The translations under genes were made by a program, and so were the position numbers. Below the pieces are notes generated by a model. The model did not search any database. It saw only the letters and a list, made by a program, of their open reading frames with translations, and was not told the origin of the DNA. 58,457 nucleotides of DNA from Verrucomicrobiota bacterium (lineage in GTDB: Bacteria; Verrucomicrobiota; Verrucomicrobiia; Limisphaerales; CANJXF01). The stretch spans positions 1-58,457 of the forward strand of contig JBBQRQ010000021.1 of assembly GCA_038214755.1 (NCBI GenBank), given 5' to 3'. Positions 48,449 to 58,263 of this stretch are shown one piece after another. Within the stretch, counting starts at the first letter, position 1. Each line of letters starts with the position of its first letter.

Positions 48449-49252
48449 TTAGCCAGGCTTGGCGGTGTTCTGCCTGGAGATCGAGCAATTCCGCAACAAC
48501 TCATCGACGCGGATAAACTCATAGCCGCGTTTTTGTAATTCATCCAGCAAAGCACCAAAACGTTCGTGCATTTTATCCGTGCGCTTTGGGCCGACTCCGA
48601 AATGGAGCAGCAACAACAATCCGTTCAGGCCATTGGGGTCGTCGCGCTCTCGCTGGAGAATGCTGTCGAAAATAATTTTGGATGAGACGAAATTTTTCGC
48701 GTCATCTTCTGTGTAATCGGCGTTGGAGCGCGTGCCCGGCGTGTAATTGATCAAGGTCAAATTAAGTTCCCGGCTCCATAAAACGATCTCTTCGTTGTAA
48801 TGTTCGTAGGGCGGAATCCAGAATTTAATTTCCTTTCGCTTCACGCCGATGCGCTCGATCTTCTTCAAATTGTTTTCCAAATCCCGAATAAAAAACTCTT
48901 TTGTCACCAACGTTTTCTTCGGTCCTTCCCACGGGCAAAGCAGCGGATGCGTGTCGGAATGCGGGCCGAGATAATGTCCTTCTTGGACAATGCGCCGGGC
49001 CAGCAACGTGTTTTTAGAACTCGTGAAAAAATTTCCGGTGAAAAAGAATGAAGCCTTGGCGTGGCGCCTGGCCAGTTCATCGAGAATGGTTTTTCCACCT
49101 TCGGCAAATTGATCAGACGTGAATTCGAGCGCGATTTGTTTTTTGTTCTTAGGCCCTCGAGTAATTCCTCCCTCGCGAAATTCGCATTGATTAGTTTCAG
49201 AGAGGCCGTGGCAACCGCAGCAACAAATCAAAATGGAAAAGATGAATTTCAT
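48449..49252 (-). CDS. Polysaccharide deacetylase (NodB-like)
   Basis: ASFFFTG, GPHSDTH, IPPYE, LLLH; ATGA overlap with the permease. Confidence 0.8.
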   Translation of the reverse strand: MKFIFSILICCCGCHGLSETNQCEFREGGITRGPKNKKQIALEFTSDQFAEGGKTILDELARRHAKASFFFTGNFFTSSKNTLLARRIVQEGHYLGPHSDTHPLLCPWEGPKKTLVTKEFFIRDLENNLKKIERIGVKRKEIKFWIPPYEHYNEEIVLWSRELNLTLINYTPGTRSNADYTEDDAKNFVSSKIIFDSILQRERDDPNGLNGLLLLLHFGVGPKRTDKMHERFGALLDELQKRGYEFIRVDELLRNCSISRQNTAKPG

Positions 49253-50661
49253 TGCGCAGTTTTTTTCGCCGCAAAACGCTGCCAGAAATAAATGGGTAGG
49301 CCGAGCGCAATGAGCACCAGTCCGGCGGTGGATTCGACGCGGCTCGTCATCCACGTGTTAATTAGCAATGCGATGGCGACAAGAACGAAGAGGAGCGGGA
49401 CGACCGGATAACCGAGAGTGCGGTAAGGACGCGGCGCTTCTGGCATTTTTTTTCGCAGAACGAAGACGGCGGCAGTGGTTGCGGCGTAAAAAATCCAACC
49501 GGCAAAGACGACGTAATCGGTGAGTTGATCGAATGTGCCGGAAAGAGCGAGCACGCTCGCCCAAATTGCCTGAAGCAAAATCGCGGCAACCGGGACCGCG
49601 CTTCGTTTGCTCAACTTGGCAAAGCTCTGAAAAAAAAGACCATCGCGCGCCATCGCAAAAGGAACCCGCGCGCTCGTCAAAATCGATCCATTCAAAACTC
49701 CGATGGTGGAAAGTAAAAATGCGATTGAGACCAGCGCCGGGCCATTCGCTCCCAAAAAAGTTTGAGCGGCTTTGCTGGCCACGGGGAGAGCATCGCGGTG
49801 CGCCGTGGAATTTGCAGTGAGAATTTCCGGAAAGGGCAGCGCGTAAAAATAGGCAAGGTTCGCCAAACCATAGACCAGCAGCACGATCAACATTCCGACG
49901 ATCAACGCGCGCGGAATATTTTTTCCCGGATCTTTCACTTCGCCCGCCACCATCGGCATGTTGTTCCAGCCATCGAACGCCCAGAGCGCCGCGAGTATGG
50001 CCGCGCCGAAGGCGGAGAAGCCAGACCAGGCGGCAGTTCCGGGTGGCGCGCGGAAATTTTCCCAGGTCGCAGTTGGCGCAAAAAAGAACACGCCAAAAAT
50101 AATCGCGGCAATTCCCAGAACTTTCGCGGCAGTGAGAACGGTTTGAATGCGTCCCCCGAAAACAACACGCAGGCAGTTGATCGCCGAAAACAGTAAAATA
50201 ATTCCGATGGCGACGATTTGTTTCTCGCCGAATTCCCAATCGATGTTTTGTCCGAGCAGAACGAAAGATTTTTTCGCCCAGACAATTTTCAAGGGAATCA
50301 GCGCGGAAAGAAAGGTGGCGAACGCGACTCCGAAGATGGCGATGGATCCGGTGGAGCCAACGACGATTCGCATCCAACCGAAAAGGAATGCGGGTAAATC
50401 TCCGTAGGCGGCGCGGAGGAAAACATATTCGCCTCCTGCCTTGGGTAGCATCGCGCCGAGTTCGGCGTAAGTGAGCGCGCCGGCGAGCGACAAAATTCCG
50501 GCAGCGACCCACGCCAGCAAAACCAATTGCGGCGAGCCGACCGCTTGCGCCATTTTCGCGGTCTTCAAAAAAACGCCGGTGCCGATAATTGTGCCGACGA
50601 CCAGCGCGGTGGTGTCGCGCAAAGTGAGTCCGCGAACGAGTTGAAGTTTTTCTTCGGGCAT
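49249..50661 (-). CDS. APC family amino acid/polyamine permease
   Basis: GTIIGTGVF, YAELGAMLPKAGGEY, WAFDGW, GEVKDP.KNIP, RPYR. Confidence 0.92.
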   Translation of the reverse strand: MPEEKLQLVRGLTLRDTTALVVGTIIGTGVFLKTAKMAQAVGSPQLVLLAWVAAGILSLAGALTYAELGAMLPKAGGEYVFLRAAYGDLPAFLFGWMRIVVGSTGSIAIFGVAFATFLSALIPLKIVWAKKSFVLLGQNIDWEFGEKQIVAIGIILLFSAINCLRVVFGGRIQTVLTAAKVLGIAAIIFGVFFFAPTATWENFRAPPGTAAWSGFSAFGAAILAALWAFDGWNNMPMVAGEVKDPGKNIPRALIVGMLIVLLVYGLANLAYFYALPFPEILTANSTAHRDALPVASKAAQTFLGANGPALVSIAFLLSTIGVLNGSILTSARVPFAMARDGLFFQSFAKLSKRSAVPVAAILLQAIWASVLALSGTFDQLTDYVVFAGWIFYAATTAAVFVLRKKMPEAPRPYRTLGYPVVPLLFVLVAIALLINTWMTSRVESTAGLVLIALGLPIYFWQRFAAKKTAQ

Positions 50662-50672
50662 AATTATTTTCT

Positions 50673-50830
50673 GGGTAGCATCTGCCTCCGGCGGGTGCGA
50701 TCCATCTTCATTCGATGTTCAGGGTTCAATGTTGAACGCTGAGGTTCCTGAATTGAAGCAAATATCGAACAACGAATATCCAACATCGAAGGCAAAAAGT
50801 TTTCGCACCCGCCGGAGGCAGATGCTACCC
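50673..50830. repeat. Family D element enclosing inverted heptamer arrays
   Basis: D arms flank ttcgatg/ttcaggg/ttcaatg ... aatatcg/aacaacg/aatatcc/aacatcg; the GTAG tip forms the stop of the upstream gene. Confidence 0.85.
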
Positions 50831-52189
50831 GAACATCAGTCGGCAAATAATAATTGAGGCGATCACGCCCGCGAGATCGGCGAGTAATCCGGCGGCAACG
50901 GCATAGCGCGTTCGGCGGATTCCGACCGAGCCAAAATAAACGGCGATGACATAAAAAGTTGTTTCCGTACTGCCAAGAATTGTCGCGCCCATTAAACTGA
51001 ACAGGTGATCAGGCCCGTAGGTTTTTACGAGGTCGGAGACCAGCGCGATGCTGCCACTGCCGCTCAAGGGGCGCATCAAAACCAGCGGCAATAATTCCGT
51101 CGGAAAGAGAATCAAATCCAACGCGGGTTTTAGAAATTTAGTGAGCAGAGCGATTCCGCCCGCGCCGCGAAACATTCCCACGGCTGTGAGAATGGCGACG
51201 AGAAATGGAATGATGCGAATAGCGACTTGAAATCCTTCCTTCGCGCCTTCGATAAATTCCTCGTAAACTTTCACGCGACGCAACGCGGCGTAGAGCGGGA
51301 AAAACGCGAGGAAAAATGGAATCGCCAGAACGGAAATCGCGTTGACCATTTGGACCAACTGATTCGGTGTTGCGTTGTCGGCGGTCAGCGTCGATGTGGA
51401 AAAGTTTTTGGGAAAGATATTTTGAAGTCGCATTTCCGGTTTGAGCACCACCAGAAAAAAATAGGCGAACAAAATCAGGAACAGCGCGAGCACAACTTTT
51501 CCGCCGCCAGAAATTTTGGGCGGTTCGAGCGTGACAGCCAATAGCGGCTCGGCTTCGACGGGGGTTGCCTCGTCCTTGGAAGTATCTGCCAACGGATTAC
51601 TCGGTGATTTGGAATGCCCTTTTGCAAATAATTTTGCAAAAAAAATTCCAACCGCCGTCGAACAAACCGTGGCAATAAAAGCAGTGCCGACAATCGCCGT
51701 TGGATTTTTTGAACCAGCGCCAGCGAGAATGGCCACGGCCGTGGCGGGAATGAGTTGAACGGAACTGGTGTTGATGGTGAGAAACATGCACATGGCATGG
51801 GTGGCGGTCGCCGGATGCGGATTTAATTTTTGCAAATGCGTCATCGCGCGGAGACCCAGCGGCGTGGCGGCATTGTTCAAGCCGAGCATGTTCGCGGCGA
51901 TGTTCATGAGCATTGCGCCCATCGCAGGATGTTCCGGCGGAACTTCCGGAAAAAGCCAGCGCATGATCGGACGCATCGCGCGCGAGAGGATCAGCACCAG
52001 CCCGGATTTCTCGGCGAGCCGCATGATGCCCAGCCAAATCGTCATGACCGCTGAGAGCGGCAAGGCGATTTCCATGACGGCGGTTTTCGCCATGTCGAAT
52101 CCGGCTTTCGTCACTTCCGGTAACAGGCCGTTGCAACCGCCGATGATGACGGCGAGCAGAACCAGCCCCAGCCAGATGTAGTTTAACAT
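50825..52189 (-). CDS. SpmA-SpmB fusion (nucleoside recognition/Gate) membrane protein
   Basis: MLNYIW, ANMLGLNNAATPLGLRAM, EEFIEGAKEG, RPLSGSGS, GSTETTFYVIAVYFGSV. Confidence 0.88.
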   Translation of the reverse strand: MLNYIWLGLVLLAVIIGGCNGLLPEVTKAGFDMAKTAVMEIALPLSAVMTIWLGIMRLAEKSGLVLILSRAMRPIMRWLFPEVPPEHPAMGAMLMNIAANMLGLNNAATPLGLRAMTHLQKLNPHPATATHAMCMFLTINTSSVQLIPATAVAILAGAGSKNPTAIVGTAFIATVCSTAVGIFFAKLFAKGHSKSPSNPLADTSKDEATPVEAEPLLAVTLEPPKISGGGKVVLALFLILFAYFFLVVLKPEMRLQNIFPKNFSTSTLTADNATPNQLVQMVNAISVLAIPFFLAFFPLYAALRRVKVYEEFIEGAKEGFQVAIRIIPFLVAILTAVGMFRGAGGIALLTKFLKPALDLILFPTELLPLVLMRPLSGSGSIALVSDLVKTYGPDHLFSLMGATILGSTETTFYVIAVYFGSVGIRRTRYAVAAGLLADLAGVIASIIICRLMFG

Positions 52190-52205
52190 GGAAAAATCTC
52201 GCGGC

Positions 52206-52997
52206 TCATTTCTCGCGGGCGGAATTTATTTTCAACGACGGCAAATTCCATTTGCTTTGCACTCGGAGAAATTCATCTTCGGGAAGCTGCACCAAAACGG
52301 GGTTGGCTCTGGCGTCGAGCCACAAAATTAATTTTTCCATTTCGCTTTTTTCCATGGCGGTGCAACCGCTCGTGCCGCTACCGTCGCCTTTCCAGATGTG
52401 CAGGAAAATGCAGGAACCTTTTCCTGAGGTGCGCGGGTCGGTGTTGTGTTCGACGACGACACCGAGCCGGTATTGTTCTCCGACCGCGAGCATCTTCTCC
52501 GAACTTTTCCAATCGGAATTGAAGATGTGCGTGTTATCGACCAGGGAATTGTAGCGAACAGAATTGATATCATCGATGCATTCCAGCGCGTCCGTCACGT
52601 GCAAGTAACGCACTTTCAATTTCATTTCGTCGGGCGGCGCGAAACCGAACGCGGAGGACAAACGAAAGATTCCCGCCGGGCTTTTTCCGTCGCCTTCTTT
52701 TTTTTGCGGCTCGGTTTTTATTTCCTCGTGCAGTCCCCGTCCCCAGCCCAGCCCATTCCGGCCTACCACAATTTTGATAGGCGAACTGGCGGCGCGCCAT
52801 TCCGCAGCTAGATCGCTGCGCTCGAACCTTTGCAACGTGCCCGAAACTTTTTCCCAATTCTCCGTCGTGACCAAAACCATTTGGCGCGAGTTCTTGAAAA
52901 AGTCTTTGGTGAGAACCGGGGTGTAGATGAGTTCGGCAGCCCCGGCGAAAGACAACAGCCCGACAAAAATCGCCGCCAGGAAAAGTTGGCATCGCAT
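52206..52997 (-). CDS. L,D-transpeptidase (YkuD-like) family exported protein
   Basis: KEGDGKSPAGIF and GSCIFLHIW..GTSGC; start may be 53018. The ORF-track extension lies in a repeat. Confidence 0.8.
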   Translation of the reverse strand: MRCQLFLAAIFVGLLSFAGAAELIYTPVLTKDFFKNSRQMVLVTTENWEKVSGTLQRFERSDLAAEWRAASSPIKIVVGRNGLGWGRGLHEEIKTEPQKKEGDGKSPAGIFRLSSAFGFAPPDEMKLKVRYLHVTDALECIDDINSVRYNSLVDNTHIFNSDWKSSEKMLAVGEQYRLGVVVEHNTDPRTSGKGSCIFLHIWKGDGSGTSGCTAMEKSEMEKLILWLDARANPVLVQLPEDEFLRVQSKWNLPSLKINSAREK

Positions 52998-53082
52998 GTG
53001 AGCGGCGATCGTCTTCATCAGCGCGAGCGATGTTGCAAATGTTCCCGCGGAAAAACAACAGGAAAGCATTTGCATTGAAAAC

Positions 53083-53325
53083 GTAGCGCAAGTTTTTAAC
53101 CTGCCGTATCGCCGATTTGCAATCGGCAAGGGCGTTGGGGGGTGTGATTCAAACTGGCGGTCAGTTGGTCAGATGTAGCGCAGGATTTGATCCTGCCGTA
53201 TCGCAGGTTTTCAACCTGCGTCATGCCGCCAGAACGGAAGACCTTCGGGAACCAGAGACTTTCTATGGTTGCGACATTCAGCCGGTTTCAAACCGGCGAT
53301 ACGGCAGGATGCAATCCTGCGCTAC
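53083..53325. repeat. J-type arm, O left terminus (53140) and complete 151-bp J element (53175-53325)
   Basis: 53140-53325 is closely similar to 58264-58449. Confidence 0.88.
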
Positions 53326-53369
53326 GAGGACGGTGATGTCCGTTGACAAAACGTCCTGCGATTTATTAC

Positions 53370-53543
53370 ATGCCTCCCGTGTTTTTCAAAAAAAAGGGCG
53401 CAAGAAAAATCTATTTTCTCTTTACCACGTCGAGGAGGGAAGGACGGAAAAGATATTACAGGAATTTAATGTGGTCGCTCGGAGTGGGTCTTCTTTTCTC
53501 CGCCATCGTTGCGGTTCTCATTTTTATTTTTAACCGCCGCTGA
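53370..53543 (+). CDS. Small basic protein with one C-terminal TM helix
   Basis: 57 aa; TTGACA at 53343; ends 5 nt before the ABC gene. Confidence 0.5.
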   Translation: MPPVFFKKKGARKIYFLFTTSRREGRKRYYRNLMWSLGVGLLFSAIVAVLIFIFNRR

Positions 53544-53548
53544 GTCGC

Positions 53549-54334
53549 GTGACCAAATCTGTTCTGCAAATCTCCCATCTGTGCGTTGTGCGGGGACCCA
53601 TCACCATTCTCGAAAATATTTCCTGGCGGATCGACCGCGGGCAGCACTGGGCCATGCTTGGCGCCAACGGCTCCGGCAAAACCTCGCTGCTCGATGCGCT
53701 GGCTGGTTATCTCAATTTCACTTCCGGCGAAATCGAAGTCCTCGGAGAAAAGTTTGGACAAACTGACTGGCGCGAGTTGCGCAAACAAATCGGTCTGGTC
53801 AGTTCCTCACTCCGCCAAATGATGGCCGAGGACGAGCCGGCATTGCTGACCGTCTTGAGCGGCAAAAATGCGGTCATTGATTTTTGGGGAAAAGGTTCCC
53901 CGAAAGATCGGGCGCGCGCGCGAAAAATTTTGAAGCAGGTCGAATGCGAATATCTCGCGGACCGGCCGTGGCGGGTTTTGTCCCAAGGTGAACGGCAACG
54001 GGTTTTGATCGGACGCGCGCTGATGGCCCAACCGCGATTGCTTATTCTCGATGAACCGTGCGCGGGACTCGATCCGGTCGCCCGCGAAAATCTCTTGCAG
54101 TTTTTGCAACGGCTCGGTTCGCAGAAAAGTTCGCCGACGCTGATTCTCGTCACGCATCACGTTGAAGAAATCATGCCGGTGTTTTCGCACGCGCTGATTT
54201 TGAAAGCAGGAAAAGTCATCGGCTGCGGAGAAAAAATTAAGGTGATGACTTCAAAACTTTTATCGGAGGCATTCGACACAGAAATAAAAGTCGGTCGAAA
54301 AGAAAATCGTTTTACGGCGAAAGTCTTTCAATAA
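53549..54334 (+). CDS. ABC ATP-binding protein (ModF-like)
   Basis: GANGSGKTS, LSQGERQR, LILDEP, VTHH. Confidence 0.9.
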   Translation: MTKSVLQISHLCVVRGPITILENISWRIDRGQHWAMLGANGSGKTSLLDALAGYLNFTSGEIEVLGEKFGQTDWRELRKQIGLVSSSLRQMMAEDEPALLTVLSGKNAVIDFWGKGSPKDRARARKILKQVECEYLADRPWRVLSQGERQRVLIGRALMAQPRLLILDEPCAGLDPVARENLLQFLQRLGSQKSSPTLILVTHHVEEIMPVFSHALILKAGKVIGCGEKIKVMTSKLLSEAFDTEIKVGRKENRFTAKVFQ

Positions 54335-54950
54335 TCCACAAGCCATCGCCGTTCTTTGCATAACGGAAGCGATCATGCAAGCGGTTCACGCGGCCTTGCC
54401 AAAATTCAATCGTTTCCGGGGCAACGACGTAGCCGCCCCAATTTGGGAGCACTGGAATTTCCTGCCCGGAATATTTTTTTCCCAGTTCCTGAAATTTGTT
54501 TTCGAGAACTTCGCGGTTTTCCACAACCAAGGATTGTTTTGAAACCCATGCGCCGAGCTGACTGCCGACTGGCCTGGCCTTGAAATAAAAATCCGACTCC
54601 TCGGCGGGAATCTTTCGCGTCAACCCACGGATGCAAACCTGTCGTTCCAATTCTTTCCAAAAAAATAAAAGCGCGGCGTTCGGGTTGGAGGCGAGTTCCG
54701 CTCCCTTGCGGCTCTCGTAATTCGTGCAAAAAATAAATCCGCGTTCATCGACGGCCTTGAGCAAAACCGTCCGCAGCGATGGCTGACCCAATTCATTGAC
54801 CGTCGCGACGGACATCGCGGTCGGCTCCGGCACTTCGGCTTTGACGGCTTGTTGCAACCATTCTTCAAATTGCAAAATCGGATTTTCGGCGAGATCGCGG
54901 CGACGCAACCCAGCGAGCGTGTATTCTTTTCTGAACTCAGTCAGGTTCAT
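54312..54950 (-). CDS. pdxH: Pyridoxamine 5'-phosphate oxidase
   Basis: RTVLLK, TNYESRKG, YFKARP, WGGY, EFWQGR..RLHDR, ERLSP. Confidence 0.96.
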   Translation of the reverse strand: MNLTEFRKEYTLAGLRRRDLAENPILQFEEWLQQAVKAEVPEPTAMSVATVNELGQPSLRTVLLKAVDERGFIFCTNYESRKGAELASNPNAALLFFWKELERQVCIRGLTRKIPAEESDFYFKARPVGSQLGAWVSKQSLVVENREVLENKFQELGKKYSGQEIPVLPNWGGYVVAPETIEFWQGRVNRLHDRFRYAKNGDGLWIIERLSP

Positions 54951-55019
54951 GCCCGAATTGAAACATCCGCGCGTGAAGACTCAAGGGACAAAATAATTGT
55001 CCGCGGTGACGGGAAAACG

Positions 55020-55095
55020 AAAAGAAAAACCCGCTGGTATCTCGGTGAACGAACCGCTAGGTAAACCCAGCGACCGTGCCACCGCCGACAGCGGG
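55020..55095 (-). ncRNA. Candidate structured RNA / long terminator hairpin upstream of pdxH
   Basis: CCCGCTG...CAGCGGG followed by a U-tract; inner stems contain G-U pairs on the minus strand. Confidence 0.4.
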
Positions 55096-55159
55096 CGACC
55101 AACCCGTACCACCACTGTCAACCGGAGAGAAAGTCAAAACTTCTGAAGAGGTTTCCGAT

Positions 55160-55367
55160 GGGCGCATCTTAGTTTCTTGCAATGTTCATTCCGAATCTCA
55201 TTAGCACCCGGCTTCAGCCGGGTGTTGGGGTCCTGAGGTGAGTTCAACCGCTTCAGCGGTTTGCCCCATGCGGGAAACCGCTGAAGCGGTTGAGGGTCGC
55301 AATCTGTTTCTGTCCACCCGGCTGAAGCCGGGTGCTAATGAGAGTTGCAAGAAACTGAGAGGCGCCC
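55160..55367. repeat. Palindromic element family E (copy 3)
   Basis: Same termini and core as the 16403 and 28828 copies. Confidence 0.92.
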
Positions 55368-55517
55368 GTTTCCGATTCTGTCAAAGACACGTCAGCGAAT
55401 ACAGCTCGAGGCCGCGCAGCAACGAGACCGATGGGCAAATCGAGTAACGGATCATCGCTGAGATGCGCCGCAGGAAACGTGGTTGAAACTGCCACAAAAT
55501 AAATTCATAACACTGCC

Positions 55518-56714
55518 ATGAAATTTTCAACCGTTCGGTGCCGTTTTGTTTTTCTGATTTTTGTTTTCGCTCCATTGCTCTCTTTCGCGGCCAACGAAAC
55601 AAACTTTTTTCCGATCATGCCGTGGAATTCGATTCCCAATGATCCCGCGGTGTTGAGGAAAATTCGCGAGTGCGGATTCACCATTGCCGGCTTCGTGCCG
55701 CCGTCCGCTTTGACGAATTGCGAAGTCGCTGGACTAAAAACCATCGTGAGCGACGCCCGCGTCGGCGGTTACGATTGGAGAAAGGTTGACGAAAGCGTCG
55801 CGCGTTCCAACGTCACCAGCCTCATCAGGGAAATTGGAAAACATCCGTCGATCTACGGCTATTATTTGCGAGACGAACCGCCCGCCGGATTTTTTCCCGG
55901 TCTGGAGAAAGTCGCCTCGGTTGTGCGCGAACTTGCTCCGACGAAATGGGCTTACGTAAATTTGTTTCCGAACTACGCCGAGAACTGGCAATTGGAAACT
56001 TCCGGTTACGCCGATTACATCGAGAAATTCATCTCGACCTGTCACCCGACGCAGTTGAGCTTCGATCATTACCCACTGCTGGAAGGCGGCGGGATGCGCG
56101 GCAACTACTGGGAAAATCTGGAACAAATCAGCGCGGCGGCGAGAAAGTATAAACTGCCTTTTTGGAGCATCGTGTTGTCGGTGGGCGGGCTGAATTATCG
56201 CGAGCCATCGGCCATCGATTTGCGTTGGGAGGTTTATAGTTCGTTGCTCTACGGCGCGCGCGGTCTGGCTTACTTCACTTATTTTGCGCCGCCGGTGGGA
56301 AATTATCACGGCGCGCCGATTGACCAATTCGGCAACGCGACGCCGACATGGAACCACATTCAGAATATCAATCTGCAAGTCTTGAAACTCGCGCCGACGC
56401 TTTTGAAATTAACTTCCGATGACGTTTATCATTTCGGAACTTTGCCGGCGGGTTGTCACGGTCCCGGCGAAAAAAGTTTGGTCAAATCCGCTGACGCCCA
56501 TTTTGCCATAGGCGATTTCACTCATGAAGATGGCAGCCGTTACGTGATGGTGATGAATAAATCGATGGCGGGTTCGTTACCCGGCTGGCCACAATTTCGG
56601 GTCGCGCCGAAAGCGTTGAAATTGATTTCGGCATTTACCGGAGAAGCCACGACGTTTGAAGGCGAACAAGTTTGGGTTGGTCCGGGTCAAGGAATTTTGT
56701 TGAAGGTGGAATGA
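55518..56714 (+). CDS. Exported glycoside-hydrolase-like (TIM barrel) hypothetical protein
   Basis: Signal peptide; GYYLRDEP, VNLFP, SFDHYP, YGARGLAYFTY. Family not assignable by eye. Confidence 0.6.
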   Translation: MKFSTVRCRFVFLIFVFAPLLSFAANETNFFPIMPWNSIPNDPAVLRKIRECGFTIAGFVPPSALTNCEVAGLKTIVSDARVGGYDWRKVDESVARSNVTSLIREIGKHPSIYGYYLRDEPPAGFFPGLEKVASVVRELAPTKWAYVNLFPNYAENWQLETSGYADYIEKFISTCHPTQLSFDHYPLLEGGGMRGNYWENLEQISAAARKYKLPFWSIVLSVGGLNYREPSAIDLRWEVYSSLLYGARGLAYFTYFAPPVGNYHGAPIDQFGNATPTWNHIQNINLQVLKLAPTLLKLTSDDVYHFGTLPAGCHGPGEKSLVKSADAHFAIGDFTHEDGSRYVMVMNKSMAGSLPGWPQFRVAPKALKLISAFTGEATTFEGEQVWVGPGQGILLKVE

Positions 56715-56715
56715 T

Positions 56716-56946
56716 TCCAAATCCGAAGTCAGAAATCCGAAATCCGAAAGAAATCCGAAGTCTGAAATCCGAGTGCGGAATGGAACGCCGAACTCCAGTT
56801 CGGCTCGCGGCGGTCAAGTGTCCGGCCCTTGCCGATTAGGAAATCGGCGCTCCGATCCGGAATTCTCTTTCGGCAACCGAGATCACCTGGCTTTTAGACT
56901 TTGGATTCGGCCTTCTTTCGGTTTTCGGCTTTCGGTTTTCGGATTT
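56716..56946. repeat. Inverted tccgaaa heptamer arrays enclosing a family H element (56782-56853)
   Basis: tccgaag tcagaaa tccgaaa ... tttcggt tttcggc tttcggt tttcgga. Confidence 0.85.
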
Positions 56947-56954
56947 CCCGTGGG

Positions 56955-58205
56955 CTATTTTCCGCCCGCCCACTTCGGCTGCTGTTTCAAATGATAAAGC
57001 ATCTCGCCTGCTTTCGGCACGAGGAGCACACCTTCGTCTTCGCGATTGGCAAAATCTTCGAGGCGAATGATCTTCGGATTGCGGTAGCCAAGATTTATTT
57101 TTTTGCAAACTGATTCAGAAATTTGGGTGGCAAGCGTGACTTGCGCGCGGCATTTTTCGACGCCATTTTCAAAAGAGCCGATTCCGCGAACGTGAGTCGA
57201 ATGCGCGACGACACCCCACGGAAAATCTTTGAATTTGTCCCATTGCTTCAAAAAATAATCACGGCAGTGATAGCCGATTTCCATGATGGTGCAACCGTGC
57301 GCCACGCAAACTTCGGAAATGTGCGGCGCGTAAATGATGAGTTCGCCGCCGTCGGCCAGCACGGGTTCGAGTTTATACATGCACTTTCCCGCCGTCCAAA
57401 TTTCATCATACATTTTCGGCGCGCAACTCAGAATCGTGTGGAACGGATGGTCTTTGTAAGTGATGTGGCGCTGGCGCGAAAGTTCGCTCGCCTGATCCCA
57501 CGCCGACTCGGGCGAACCGGCAAAAACTCCGGCGAGTTCCTTGCCATCGATGACGAGCGCGAAGCAAAGTTTCGGCACGCTGACCATCGAACCCGCTTTG
57601 TCCACGACGGCGCGAACGGGCGTCCACTTGTTGCCGATGATCATCGGATTCGTCACAACGGCACCGAGCCAATGGAAAAAATTCAAGATTTCCGGCCCGC
57701 CAATTCCTGGAAATAAATATTTGTTGCCGCCGGAAAAGCCGACGACTTCATGCGGAAAGACCGGCCCGATGATGATGATTTGGTCGTAATCAAAAACGAG
57801 TTTGTTGATTTCGACGGGTACATCCATCGCGAACAAGCCGTCGGAAAGTTTTGAAATTTCATCCGCGGAAATGACGCCAATCTTTCGGAGCGCATCCGGA
57901 TGATCCCACTGGTGATTGAAGAAACGAACTTTTCTAAATTTTTCGTGCCGCTCGGATTCGGAAATTTCCAGTCGTTCGCGAATGGCGACTTCGGTCATGG
58001 CCTGATGGGTGCCGAGGGCAATGAGCACGTCCAGATTTTTTGTGACTTCGCCGATTTGGTCGAACAAAGTTTTGAACATCAAACCAATGGGCGCGGTGCG
58101 CGTTCCGTCGGGAACAACGAGCAAAACTTTTTTGCCGCGATAATCTTTGGCCGGACAAGCCGAGGCGACAATTTCGGAAACTTTTTCTTGGGAGATAACG
58201 TTCAT
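56955..58205 (-). CDS. Lactate racemase (LarA) domain protein
   Basis: VPDGTRT, IALGTH, PHEVVGFSGGNKYLFPGI. Confidence 0.85.
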   Translation of the reverse strand: MNVISQEKVSEIVASACPAKDYRGKKVLLVVPDGTRTAPIGLMFKTLFDQIGEVTKNLDVLIALGTHQAMTEVAIRERLEISESERHEKFRKVRFFNHQWDHPDALRKIGVISADEISKLSDGLFAMDVPVEINKLVFDYDQIIIIGPVFPHEVVGFSGGNKYLFPGIGGPEILNFFHWLGAVVTNPMIIGNKWTPVRAVVDKAGSMVSVPKLCFALVIDGKELAGVFAGSPESAWDQASELSRQRHITYKDHPFHTILSCAPKMYDEIWTAGKCMYKLEPVLADGGELIIYAPHISEVCVAHGCTIMEIGYHCRDYFLKQWDKFKDFPWGVVAHSTHVRGIGSFENGVEKCRAQVTLATQISESVCKKINLGYRNPKIIRLEDFANREDEGVLLVPKAGEMLYHLKQQPKWAGGK

Positions 58206-58263
58206 GAACTTGTTTTAAATTAACCACTAAAACTTGCGACATAAAGTCAAACCGCGCGCCAAT

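Noticed and set aside
56716..56946. Possible CRISPR array
   Set aside because: 7-bp tandem units without unique spacers; no cas genes in the window.
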